The notes beneath the pieces are model-generated. The model saw nothing but the letters and a program-made list of their open reading frames with translations. It searched no databases and was not told where the DNA came from. 64,000 bases of DNA from Octopus sinensis (taxonomy: Eukaryota). Every line of letters begins with the position of its first letter. The first letter of the stretch is position 1. The stretch is taken from contig NC_043021.1 of the NCBI RefSeq assembly GCF_006345805.1, positions 17,856,001 to 17,920,000 on the forward strand, read 5' to 3'. A program made the translations under genes and the position numbers. Of this stretch, positions 50,111 through 62,606 are shown one piece after another.

Positions 50111-50699
50111 TATGTGGTACAAAAATAATTTTTTTTTTAATGAAGACGAGGTATAAAAAAAACACAACAAACAGGGTGTATTACTTTGACACTCAGGAAA
50201 ATGATAGGAAATGGTAAGGTCTGATTTCAGGAAGCTGGACATCATGAAAGAGATGGTGAAGGACTGACTACAAGATGTGATGGTGAGACAATGTACAAGC
50301 TAAGTGAGCACAGAAAACAAAATTGAAATAATTCTTTCTGGTACAGCACAAAAGGTGTAAATTTTCGAGAGGAAATTCTAGTCAATGGCATCGACTCCAG
50401 TCCTCAACAGGTACTTCTTTTATCAATCCTGAAAGGACAAAAGGTAAAGCCAACCTTGGCGGATGTTGCCTGTTGTCCTTGTCGTTGATGAGGAGGTGAT
50501 GATGATGATGTTGATGATAAGAATGGCATCAGTAGCAGGGATCGTGTGTGAAGTGTATGTATTTATAGAAGTGGCATTTCCTGGCTGAATACCAAGCATG
50601 ATTAGGAGAGAAAAATGAGTGCATCGGATTTTAATATAAATCTTCGGTTTTTATACAAAATAATTGGAAACAGAGAAATACTTGCCATATGTAAACCTG

Positions 50700-51085
50700 C
50701 TTCAATGCGAGCTTTGGTGTTGGAGAAGACTTTTACGGATTCCATGGACAGCGAGGCTCACCAATGGAGAAGTTCTTAAGCAGATCAGGCCGAAAATGTC
50801 GCTAGAAGCTAGGATCACCAAGCATAGATTGGCATATTTCAGTCATATTATGCGGAGAAAATCCCTGGAGAAGGACATCATGCTCGGAATGGTCAGTGGC
50901 AAGAGAGGAAGAGGCCGACCAAGAACCCGCTGGCTTGACACCATCACCGGAATGGACATAGCCAATCTGACACCGGAATGGACATAGCCAATCTGAAAGA
51001 AGCAGCCCAGGATAGAACTGACTGGAGGACACTGATCCAACGAGTAACCGAGAGTCGACTTCGACTGAGCGGATAGATAGATAGA
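50700..51085 (+). mobile_element. RTE-clade (Bov-B-like) LINE 3' fragment with (GATA)n tail
   Basis: ELWCWRRLLRIPWTAR.TN.EVL...HRLAYFSHIMRR.SLEKDIMLG.V.GKR.RGRPRTRWLD is the RTE ORF C-terminal signature. It contains a 26-bp tandem duplication at 50945-50996. Confidence 0.9.
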
Positions 51086-52449
51086 ATTACCTCATAATTA
51101 TCATCATCATCATCATTTAACATCCACTTTCCATGCTGATATGATTTGGATGGGTTTAGAGGGAACTGGCAAGCTCAGGGCTGTGTCAGGCTTCAGTTGT
51201 CTGTTTTGGCATTGTTTTAATGGCCGGATGCCCTTTCTAATGCCAACCACTTTACAGAGAGTACTGGGTCGGTGATTGTCGTACGCTGATGATGGATTAA
51301 GACCCAGAAACTGTAGTCCGTGCGAATCACTTAGGTTGACAATGGAAGGATGACCTCCCTTTGCAAATACCGATAGGGCACAGAAAATGCGTCAATAGCC
51401 AGCTGGAGACGATGTTCTCCTGGAGCTACAAGCTACAGTGACACCCACCCTTAGTGGTTAGCCATATTGAGATGGCAAGTATACCTGACATTAGTGAGTT
51501 TGCCATATAACTTGCAAGACTGAAAAAAACAGAAGAAAAGAAAGGGAAAAAAGATCTCACAACTAAGAGGAAGTATTAGGGAGGGGAAGGTGGAGGCGGG
51601 TGGCTTTATGCCGGGGGGGGGGGGGGAAGGCTAAAGTATGGTTTAGGGACAATCAAAGGTGCCTTGCTGTAGAGGAGATGCATGACTGAAGGGGATGAGT
51701 GGAAGGCAGTGATGGGGATGCTAGACCAAACTCTCAAGGAACAAGAAGGTGAGTATAAGAAAGGAAGTGGCCCGTGGATCACAGGAAGGAATGAAAGAGT
51801 GTGGGGATGCTTTCATAGGAGTGTGATAGGGGTGGAGCAAACAGGTGGAAGTAGGCGGTCAAAGATTAATGCAGAGAGTGATGAGCAAGGGTGGGGGTGC
51901 AGATGATGGGAAATACTAGTATGAAGAGGGGTAGGGTGGGAGACATAAGAGTGGCTCAAGAAGGAGAATAGAACAGGCGACATAGGGATACTTAAGGGGA
52001 TAAAGTAGGTGTAGGTCATGATGGTAGATATGAGAAAGCATTGAGAATCTGTCGGGGGGGGGGGGGGGGGCAGATAAAAGAAGGGTTTAGAATGGAATAT
52101 AGCAGAAGGGAGAGAGAGAAGTGGTTGAAGATACAGTGGGTGAGTGGGGTGAGGCTGGGGATGATTTGTTGAGCTAGTGTGGACAGACAGGGATGATAAC
52201 GAATGTGGGAGATCATTAGGGAGGGCAGGGGGTATAATATGTCCCAATTCCTGCTCTCAGGTAATTACAGCAGCTTAGTACCATAGATGGGGGAGGGATG
52301 AAAATGGCAGGGCTTCACATCTAGAAGAAGCATAATCAAGTGGTTTTAGGATATCATGTTTGCTGTAATGGATGGGTCTTCTTGAGCACAGCAAAAATGC
52401 CAATCATCACAGCCTCTCTCACTCCCTCCTCTCTTCCCTCTCTCTCTCT

Positions 52450-52497
<48 letters not shown>

Positions 52498-52589
52498 ATA
52501 TAAATATATGTTTATTTATATGCATAGAGAATGATAGAGGACAAACATAGGCACAAAGACGTACACACATAAACAAATATATATATATG

Positions 52590-52985
52590 GGCTTCTTTCA
52601 GTTTCCATCAAACAAATCCACTCATAAGACTTTGGTCAGCCCAAGGTATTAGCAGAAGGTGGCGAGCTGGCAGAAACGTTAGCACGCCGGGCGAAATGCG
52701 TAGCCGTATTTCGTCTGCCGTTACATTCTGAGTTCAAATTCTGCCGAGGTCGACTTTGCCTTTCATCCTTTTGGGGTCAATAGATTAAGTACCAGTTATG
52801 CACTGGAGTCGATGTAATCGACTTAATACCTATGTCTGTCCTTGTTTGTCCCCTCTGTGTTTAGCCCCTTGTGGGTAGTAAAGAAATAGGTATTAGCAGA
52901 AGGTACTTGCTCAAGGTGCCATGTTGTGGGCCTGAACCCAGAACCATGTAGTTGGGGAGCAAGCTTCATACAACACTGCCACACC
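52590..52985 (-). mobile_element. SINE family B 5' half split by a family C insertion
   Basis: The family B sequence CCCAAGGTATTAGCAGAAG...TACTTGCTCAAGG is separated by the family C copy. Confidence 0.8.
52657..52890 (+). mobile_element. SINE family C, full length, with target-site duplication
   Basis: GGTATTAGCAGAAGGT occurs at 52645-52660 and 52889-52904. Confidence 0.92.
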
Positions 52986-53214
52986 TGCACACCTGTGTGT
53001 ATATTTAATTAGATACACTCAACATGAGTTTGATTATTAACTGTGTTATTAGAAAACAAAGATTTATATTAAACATGGATCTATGAGATTTGTATATTTT
53101 ATATTGTAACACCTGGTTTAACAAAGCAATCGCTAACCTGATTCTCTCACATCTCTCTTTGTCTTTCTTTTCCATTTCTGTTCACTTCTGCTATTTTTCA
53201 TTTGCACATATCTA

Positions 53215-53250
53215 TCTATCTGTCTGTCTGTCTGTCTGTTTATCAATCTA

Positions 53251-53281
<31 letters not shown>

Positions 53282-53341
53282 AGCTATCTATTTGTCTATC
53301 CATCTGTATATCTATCCATCTAGCAATCAATCAATCAGTCA

Positions 53342-53405
<64 letters not shown>

Positions 53406-53644
53406 GTCTGTCTTATTTCTTTACTGCCCACAAGGGGCTAAACATAGAGGGGACAAACAAGGACAGACATAGGTATTAAGTCGATTACATCGGCCCCAGT
53501 GTGTAACTGGTACTTAATTTATCGACCCCAAAAGGATGAAAGGCAAAGTCAACCTCGGCTGAATTTGAACTCAGAACATAACATCAGACGAAATACCACT
53601 AAGCATTTCACCCGGCATGCTAACGTTTCTGCCAGCTCGCCGCC

Positions 53645-53695
<51 letters not shown>

Positions 53696-53701
53696 CCTAT
53701 G

Positions 53702-53752
<51 letters not shown>

Positions 53753-53778
53753 TTATCTATCTATCTATCCATCCATCC

Positions 53779-53839
<61 letters not shown>

Positions 53840-53848
53840 CCTATGTAT

Positions 53849-53896
<48 letters not shown>

Positions 53897-54010
53897 TTAT
53901 CTATCTATCTATCCATCCATCCATCTATCTATCTATCTATCTATCTATCTATTTATCTATCTGTCCATCTATCAATCAATTAATCAATCAATCTCTCTCT
54001 CTCTCTCTCA
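53215..54010 (+). repeat. (TCTA)n array interrupted by a full-length family C SINE (~53415-53646, minus strand)
   Basis: Direct inspection. Confidence 0.95.
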
Positions 54011-54286
54011 ATCACATTTTTGTTCCGTATTTTTCTCTTACACCAAACAACCAAACTGAAGCAGCTGAACTCACGAAGCATCATTTATTAACCAGAATTC
54101 CAAATATTCTTACAAGAGACGCTTATCATCCAACTCAGCCAATTTGTCGAGTTAAAACACAAACTGATTCTCATGGGATTGAGTCAAACAAACAACCATT
54201 TAAAAACATATCAAACTTGTAAGCCTAAAATTCTGAGATTAGAAATGCTTGTCTGTATGCATGCTCAACCAAGTGTGTACATGCAG

Positions 54287-54324
<38 letters not shown>

Positions 54325-54518
54325 TCTCATGAAAAATTATTTGGGAAAAGTTATAAATGACTGCTTTTTGAAGAAAATGTTGCTTTTTTGTCACAGCGAA
54401 TGTTGAAATTTAATAACTGTTTATCAGATTCCAGTGATTACTGAATGATCTAAATTATTTAATCTAAAAAAAAAAAAATACATAATTTAAATATTTATGC
54501 CTTCACTTTTCAGCAGGT

Positions 54519-54519
<1 letters not shown>

Positions 54520-54601
<82 letters not shown>

Positions 54602-54672
54602 CATCATCATCATCCTCATCATCCTCATCATCATCATCATCATCATCATCCTCATCATCATCATCATCATCC

Positions 54673-54706
<34 letters not shown>

Positions 54707-54723
54707 CATCATCATCATCATCC

Positions 54724-54758
<35 letters not shown>

Positions 54759-54939
54759 TCATCATCATCATCCTCATCATCATCATCATCATCATATCAT
54801 CATCATCATCCTCATCATCATCATCATCATCATCTCCTCATCATCATCATCATCATCATCATCCTCATCATCATCATCATCACATCATCATCATCATCTC
54901 CTCATCATCTCATCATCCTCATCATCATCATCATCATCC

Positions 54940-54970
<31 letters not shown>

Positions 54971-55003
54971 CCTCATCATCATCATCATCATCATCATCAT
55001 CAA
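54520..55003 (+). repeat. ~480-bp (CAT)n tract with CCT interruptions
   Basis: Direct inspection. It is the source of the poly-His and poly-Met ORFs. Confidence 0.98.
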
Positions 55004-55330
55004 TAAGGCAGCAAGCTGGCAGAATCCTCAGCAATGCGGGACAAAATTCTTAGCAGCATTTTGTTCCTCTTTATTTACTGAATCCAAATTCCACTGAGGA
55101 CGATTTGCCTTTCCGTTCTTTCGGGGTTGATAAAATAGTTGCTGCACTAAGCAACACACCTCCACTATATAAGCATATGTATGGCTGTGTAGTTAAGAAG
55201 TTTGCTTCACAACCACATGGTTTCAGGTTCAATCTCACTTCAAAGCACCTTGGATCAGCCCAAGGCCAGTCCAATAATACTTTCTGAGTGAATTCTCTAC
55301 ATGGAAACAGAAAGAAGCTCATCATATATT

Positions 55331-55728
55331 CTTTTACTTATTTCAGTCATTTGGCTGCGGCCATGCTGGAGCACCACTTTTAATTGGAGAAATCGAACCC
55401 AGGACTTACTCTTTGTAAGCCAAGTACTTATTCTGACTCTTTTTGCCGAACCACTAAGTTACAAGGATGTAAACACACCAACGTCGGTTGTCAAGCGATG
55501 GTGGGGGGACAAACAAACACAGACATACAAACATGTACGTGTATATACATATATACGACAGGCTTCTTTCAGTTTCTATCAACCAAATCCACTCACAAGG
55601 CTTTGGTCGGCCCGGGGCTATAGTGGAAGACATTTATCCAAGGTACCATTCAGTGGGACTGAACCTGGAACCATGTGGTTGGGAAGCAAGGGAAGCAAGC
55701 TTCTTACCACACAGTCACACCTGCGCCT
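55331..55728 (-). mobile_element. SINE family B copy
   Basis: Reverse complement of 43996-44385. Confidence 0.9.
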
Positions 55729-56084
55729 CGTACAAGTGGCTGAGCACTCCACAGACATGTGTGACCCTTAATGTAGTTCTCAGGGAGATTCAGTGTGACG
55801 CACACTGTGACAAGGCTGACCCCCTTTGAATTACAGGTACTACTCATTTATGCCAGGTGAGTGGACTGGAGCAACATGAAATAAAGTGTCTTGCTCAAGG
55901 ACACAACACATTGCTAGGAATTGATCTCATGACTTCATGATTATGATCCAAATGCCCTAAGCCATGTGCCTTCACACACACACGTGCGTAATTAATAGAT
56001 AATTAATGGCAGCAGAAGCAGTATTAATTCCAGAAATTAATATTTATCCCATTTAAAAGTGGATGTTGTGCTGGAACCCAGAAT

Positions 56085-56333
56085 ACTCTCTTTACTCTTT
56101 TACTCTTTTACTTGTTTCAGTCATTTGACTGCGGCCATGCTGGAGCATCGCCTTTAATTGAGCAACTCGACCCCAGGATTTATTCTTTTGTAAGCCCAGT
56201 ACTTATTCTATCGGTCTCTTTTGCCGAACCGCTAAGTAACGGGGACATAAACACACCAGCATCGGTTGTCAAGCAATGCTAGGGGGACAAACACAGATAC
56301 ACAAACACACACACACACATACGTATATATATA

Positions 56334-56407
<74 letters not shown>

Positions 56408-56580
56408 CATATATACGACGGGCTTCTTTCAGTTTACGCCTACCAAATCCACTCACAAGGCTTTGGTCGGCCCGAGGTTATAGTAGAAGACACTTGCCCA
56501 AGGTGCCACGCAGTGGGACTGAACCTGGAACCATGTGGTTGGTAAGGAAGCTACTTACCACACAGGCACTCCTGCGCCTA
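56085..56580 (-). mobile_element. SINE family B copy with expanded internal (TA)n
   Basis: Reverse complement of family B, with a (CTCTTTTA)n tail. Confidence 0.9.
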
Positions 56581-57014
56581 AGAAAAAAATCTGTAACTCT
56601 GCTCTTGATAGCAGTGAACCCAGAATACTGTGACATTTAATATGAGAGAACCTCTCAGATGAGATTGTGATGCAATGAAAGCACTTGTAGTTGTATTGCT
56701 GATGTGTGATAAGCCTCAGCTGCAGCTACCAATGTTTAGGTGTATGTGTATGTGTGTCTCAGTGTGTGTGTCATTGTGTTTGTGTTTATCCCCTTCACCA
56801 CTTGACAACCAGCAATTGGTTTGTTTATCTCCCCATAACTTAGCTGTTCAGCAAAAAAGAATGTTAAAATAAGAACCAGGTTTGAAAATTAGTACTGCTT
56901 CAATTTGTTATGTTAAATCATTCAAATGTTAGAGCATTGTTTGAAGAAGAATTGACTGTTATTTCTAGCAGGTTGAGCAACCACACAGAGGTTCTTCACT
57001 GGCAAATATATATA

Positions 57015-57485
57015 TATTCTTTTCTACTCTAGGCACAAGGCCCAAAATTTTTGGGGAGGGGGCCAGTTGATCAGATCGAACCCAGTACGCAACTGGTACT
57101 TAATTTATCGACCCCAAAAGGATGAAAGGCAAAGTCGACCTCAGCAGAATTTGAACTCAGAACGTAAAGACAGACGAAATACCTATTTCTTTATTACCCA
57201 CAAGGGGCTAAACATAGAGGGGACAAACAAGGACAGATATAGGTATTAAGTCGATTACATCGACCCCAGTGCGTAACTGGTACTTAATTTATCGACCCCG
57301 AAAGGATGAAAGGCAAAGTTGACCTCGGCGGAATTTGAACTCACAACGTAGCAGCAGACGAAATACCATTAAGCATTTTGCTCGACGTGCTAATGATTGT
57401 ACCAGCTCGCCGCCAGCTCGCAGACGAAATACCACTGAGTATTTCACCCAGTGTGCTAACGTTTCTGCCAGCTCACCGCCTTGGC
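57015..57485 (-). mobile_element. Tandem array of family C SINE segments
   Basis: Two near-complete bodies plus a repeated head segment. Junction GAAATAGGTATTTCGTCTG (minus strand) at ~57180. Confidence 0.85.
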
Positions 57486-58286
57486 AGATATATATATTCC
57501 TGCGTTATGATATTGGGAACATGCTTCTTACATAACATTATGAGCAAGGTTTTTTAATTTAAATAGAAAACACTTTAAAGCAAGCAGTTTTATATGGAAG
57601 AATGAGGAACTATCCCAAGTGGGTTGGTGTGAAAAGAATCAAGTGTTTTGCGGGAATCCGATAAACATTTTGGGATAGAAGTGAAGAAAAGAGACAGTTG
57701 GTGTCGGAAACTGAGGAGGATAGTAACAACGTTTGTCTTGTGCATCGTGTGTTAATTTGGTCATCTGTATGATCTAGATTAGAGAAGTGCATTGCTCGGT
57801 AGTTTCTTAAAAGACATCAGACACAGCTGCATCTAACACGTTCTATTTATGCTGGACAATGATTCGGAAATAGAAGATTGATGTAAATATGTTAAGGGTG
57901 TCACATGACCAGACATCTGTGAGATGGTGTTAAAATACTCAAGACCTCCTAATGTCTAACCTTGAATGTCTTGCCTTTTGAGTTTTATTTATTTGTTTTT
58001 CTTTGTTCTGAAACCAAAAATGTGATTTCTCTCCAAATAGTAAATAAGTTCTATTTTGGATCTAGGATATTGATTTTATCCCACTAACCTAGCTCAGTGA
58101 TGTTAGCTGAGTTTTTATTATGGATGGACAGAAGGATGCATAGAAGGGCTGACTCCTCCATTTTCAAATATTACAGGAAATTGTTTTCCCATATATAACA
58201 TATTCTGCATTTACTAATCTTAACTAGTCAAAGTTTCACTAAAATAATCACAGAAATATATATTATTTTTATTTCTTTCCATAGTG

Positions 58287-58452
58287 AGGCGTAGGAGTGG
58301 CTGTGTGGTAAGTAGCTTGCCTACCAAACACATGGTTCCGGGTTCAGTTTCACTGCGTGGCATCTTGGGCAAGTGTCTTCTGCTATAGCCTCGGGCCGAC
58401 CAATGCCTTGTGAGTGGATTTGGTAGACGGAAACTGAAAGAAGCCTGTCGTA

Positions 58453-58491
<39 letters not shown>

Positions 58492-58718
58492 GTGTGTATG
58501 TGTTTGTGTGTATGTGTTTGTGTGTCTGTGTTTGTCCCCCCAACATCGCTTGACAACCGATGCTGGTGTGTTTACGTCCCTCGTCTTAGCGGTTCGGCAA
58601 AAGAGACCGATACAATAAGTACTGAGCTTACAAAGAATAAGTCCCAGGGTCGATTTGCTCGACTAAAGGTGGTGCTCCAGCATGGCCACAGTCAAATGAC
58701 TGAAACAATAAAAGAGTA
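58287..58718 (+). mobile_element. SINE family B copy
   Basis: Colinear with 43996-44385. Confidence 0.9.
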
Positions 58719-59249
58719 GTGCATTTTATTTATTGCCTTCATGTGTCACAGACATGGCTGTGTGGTTAAAGAGCATTGTGTTACAACTAAATGGCTCTGG
58801 GTTTGATCCCACGAAAACAGTTGTCTTGCGAATGACATTTGGTAAATGATGATAATACATATGTATATATATACATAGATACACATACATGCATGCATGT
58901 GTGTGTATGTATTCATGTATGTGTGTGCATGAGTGTACGTGTATGTGTGTGTGTTTGTGTGTGTGTGTCTCATGTAATCATATGATTGATCAAATTCGCG
59001 AATGCTGTTATACATTGCTGGTCACAATGCTCTTTGTGTCATTTAACTTTTGGATGATGTCAACCCACTGGTTAGGTGAGCTGGCCAACATTCCCCCTGA
59101 TCTGAAGGCTAATCCATCCCAGGGTCAAGCTGAAACCGTAATGATAACTGAAGTCTGTCTTTGTATCGTTTGTCTGTCCATATGTTTTTATTGTTGTCCA
59201 TTATGTTCTTATTCCATATTTTGGATTTATATATGTGTGTGTGTGTGTG

Positions 59250-59305
<56 letters not shown>

Positions 59306-59409
59306 CATATCTGTATATATATGTATATATATATACAAAATGTGACCACGTGTGTACTGTTGGTGATTTTTTTCCTGTCTTCCCTTCTCTGGATCTTTCC
59401 TTCTCCTAT

Positions 59410-59444
59410 GTTTCCGACGAAGAGCTCTACTCGAAAGGTTAAAC
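59410..59444 (+). ncRNA. Decayed minimal hammerhead motif in a short interspersed repeat (~59340-59530)
   Basis: GTTT-CCGACGA-A-GAG-ctcta-CTC-GAAA-GGTT-AAAC. Stem I is GTTT/AAAC and stem II is GAG/CTC. It deviates from consensus at U4>C and at C15.2>G (which breaks the palindromic AACGTT stem III). Confidence 0.5.
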
Positions 59445-59610
59445 CCTCCTTCTTTCCTTCTTTCCTGAGCATCCAATAATACTATATTTGTTCCACGTCC
59501 TCACGTTGTTGTGTTTTTTTGTGCTTTCATGTTTGGATTAACTTTATATATATATATACACATACATATATATATATTTATATTTGTATGTATGCATGTA
59601 TGTATGTGTT

Positions 59611-59668
<58 letters not shown>

Positions 59669-59821
59669 CACATAAAGTAACAAACTAAGGAAAGGAAATC
59701 CTTCAAAGGGGTGTATAAAACATCCTATTCACTGGTACATCAGTTAAATACCACATAAATATGGGTATAAAGCAAATCACAAACAATTGACAATCCAATA
59801 ATTTCGTCTATCTTCAAACCT

Positions 59822-59903
59822 TAGCTCTGATGAGACTTATATAAGAGAAGTGAATTGTTTATATATCAAAAAATGTATATAAGTCGATACAAATTGTTGG
59901 CTA
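59822..59903 (+). ncRNA. Decayed type I hammerhead motif (Penelope-like pLTR remnant)
   Basis: TAGCT-CTGATGA-GACTTATATA-(32 nt)-TATATAAGTC-GATAC-aaatt-GTT-GGCTA. Stem II is a perfect 10 bp, stem I is 5 bp, and GAAA has become GATA. Confidence 0.6.
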
Positions 59904-60399
59904 TTTTGGTTTTTTAATGATTTTTTAATCTTATATTATATTATATTATATTCATAGTATATTATGTTATATTATAATATAAATATATTATTGGATTGTC
60001 AATTGTATCCCTCTTTTAATTTATTGTTTATATATATATATATATATATAATTTCAGAGTTTGTATAAGTGTGTACATATAAATATAGTAGTCAATCAAA
60101 TCCTGACATCATCTGATTTTCATGTTTTATTTTTGTATTTCTTTGACAATTTTACAATATTCCACATTATTATTATATATATTCCGATAGAATAAATACT
60201 AGGCTTACAAAGAATAAGTCCTGGGGTCAATTTGCTCGACTAAAGGTGGTGCTCCAGCATAGCCACAGTCAAATGACTGAAACAAATAAAAGAGTAAAGA
60301 GAGAGAGTATGTATGTATATTGGCTTTTCAATAGCTTAGTATTGACAGGGATTGTGTGCTTCTCCTGTAGTTTGCATTTCCTCATTAGTAGAGAATGTG

Positions 60400-60670
60400 G
60401 TTGATGCCAGGTCTGCCTGACTGGCTCCCATGCTGATGGCACATAAACAGCACCGACTGAAAAATAGTACTCCCAGACTGGCTCCCGTGCCAGGGCACCC
60501 ACTACACTCTTGGAGTGGTTGACATTAGGAAGGGCATCCAGCTGTAGAAACACTGCCAGATCAGACTGGAGCCTGGTGCAGCCTCCTGGCTTCCCAGACC
60601 TCAGTCAAACCATCCTACCCATGCCAGCATGAAAAGTGGACGTTAAACGATGATGATGATGATGATGATA
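60400..60670 (+). mobile_element. SINE family A copy in sense orientation
   Basis: Ends CCATGCCAGCATGAAAAGTGGACGTTAAACGATGATGATG. Confidence 0.8.
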
Positions 60671-60678
60671 TATATATA

Positions 60679-60730
<52 letters not shown>

Positions 60731-60811
60731 TATATATATTATATATATATATTATATATATATATATATATATAATATATATTATATATATATATAATTT
60801 ATTTATTTATT

Positions 60812-60868
<57 letters not shown>

Positions 60869-61199
60869 TGTATATACATAAATGGTTTTGGGTTTAGTCT
60901 CACAGCATGGTACCTTGGACAAGTGTCTTGTACTATAGCCTCAGGCTGATGAAAGCCTAATGTGTGGACTTGCTAGACGGAAACTGAAAGAAGCCCATTG
61001 TGTGTGTGTGTTTGTCCTCTACCATCACTTGACAACCAGTTTTCGTGTGTTTACATCCCCAAAAGAGACTGATAAATTAAATACCAAGCCTAAAAAAAAA
61101 ACTACTGGGTTCAATTCATTCAACTTAAATCCTTCAAGGCAGTGCCCCAGCATGACCACAGTCTAATAACTGGAACAAAAAAGAAAGATTAAATGATAA

Positions 61200-62275
61200 A
61201 AGATAAAAAATAGTGGGTGTGAGTTACTGGCAGTAAAAGAAAAACTTTCTGACAAGTAATGAGCTTTGAATGCTGGTAACAAGCTTTACATCTGGCAATT
61301 GAATATTTCACAGTTAACAAGGCTGACCTTCTTCAAGACGTGTGCAGAGAGCAATCTCCTCTGTGAAGCTGGAACCTGGAATATGAAGAAGGAATTTCAA
61401 GATCACCTTGATGGTAGGCACACGAGACTACACATGACAGTCTAAAATAAAAGACCAGAGAAGAAATTTACAGGCACATTGGTGTCCTGGTGCCCCAACT
61501 GGCACAAAGTCACACCCACTCAATACTACTCCCCTTTCCACTCTCAGTTGTGTCCAGGTCCGATTGCAGGAAAGGTCTATAGTGTTCAGCATCTGTGCTT
61601 TTTATCTCAAGGTACAGCTTGATGTCATCTGCATATTTCGGCACTGTGAGATTCTTAGGCGGTGAGCTGGCAGAGTTGTTAGCATGCCGGGCGAAATGCT
61701 TAGCGGTATTTTGTCTGCCGCTACGTTCTGAGTTCACATTCCGCCGAGGCCGACTTTGCCTTTCATCCTTTCGGGGTCGATAAATTAAGTACCAGTTATG
61801 CACTGGGGTCAATGTAATTGACTTAACTTTGCCTGTCATCCTTTCGGGGTCGATAAATTAAGTAACAGTTACGCACTGGGGTCGATGTAATCGACTTAAT
61901 ACCTATGTCTGTCCTTGTTTGTTCCCTCTATGTTTAGCCCCTTGTTGGTAATAAAGAGATAGGTATTTTGTCTGCTGCTACATTCTGAGTTCACATTCCG
62001 TCGAGGTCAACTTTGCCTTTCATCCTTTCGGGGTCAATAAATTAAGTACCGGTGAAACACTGGGGTCGAAGTAATTGACTATCCCTCTCCTCCAAATTTC
62101 AGGCCTTGTGTTTATAGTAGAAAGGATTTATGTCATTAATGTATGCAACAAACAAAACGGGATCAAGAACAGATCCCTGCGATACACCAGATGACATCAC
62201 ATAGGATGAAGAAAGCTGTCCAAGAACCATGACTACCTCTTTTCGGCTTAGAATGAAGGACTCCAACCAGTTATA
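61200..62275 (-). mobile_element. CR1/Jockey-group LINE RT fragment split by a family C SINE array (~61655-62125)
   Basis: SGVSQGSVLDPVLFVAYIND (ending ~62130) and KYADDIKLYLEIK...LQSDLD (starting ~61650) are consecutive RT motifs separated by three partial SINE C copies. Confidence 0.8.
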
Positions 62276-62539
62276 TATGTATAGACACACACACATTCAC
62301 ACACACACACACATACACACAGACACATGCACACACAATGTGACCCACCAGAAGTGCTCTGTGAGTGTGCTCTGAACACTTTGGTATTTTATATGCAAAA
62401 GAAACCATGTCTAGTCATGTGGTTTACGCTACACATGCTGATACACATGCATAATCACATCATACACACAGATAATCGTCCACGCACATACATACATACT
62501 CACACACACACATAAATACATACATACATACATATATAC

Positions 62540-62572
<33 letters not shown>

Positions 62573-62606
62573 CATACACACACACACACATACATACATA
62601 TATATG

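Noticed and set aside
48733-50245. Many long ORFs (up to 306 aa) of MYVC/HTYI repeats
   Set aside because: They are translations of the (TACA)n microsatellite, which has no stop codons in several frames.
51500-52300. Purine-rich block with 144-aa and 74-aa ORFs, possibly Penelope-derived
   Set aside because: I could not identify a diagnostic motif, and compositional bias alone explains the ORFs.
53499-54222. YLSI/IYLS repeat ORFs
   Set aside because: These come from a (TCTA)n microsatellite plus a SINE.
54497-55006. 169-aa poly-His ORF and the antisense poly-Met ORF
   Set aside because: This is a (CAT)n tract with no splice or homology support.
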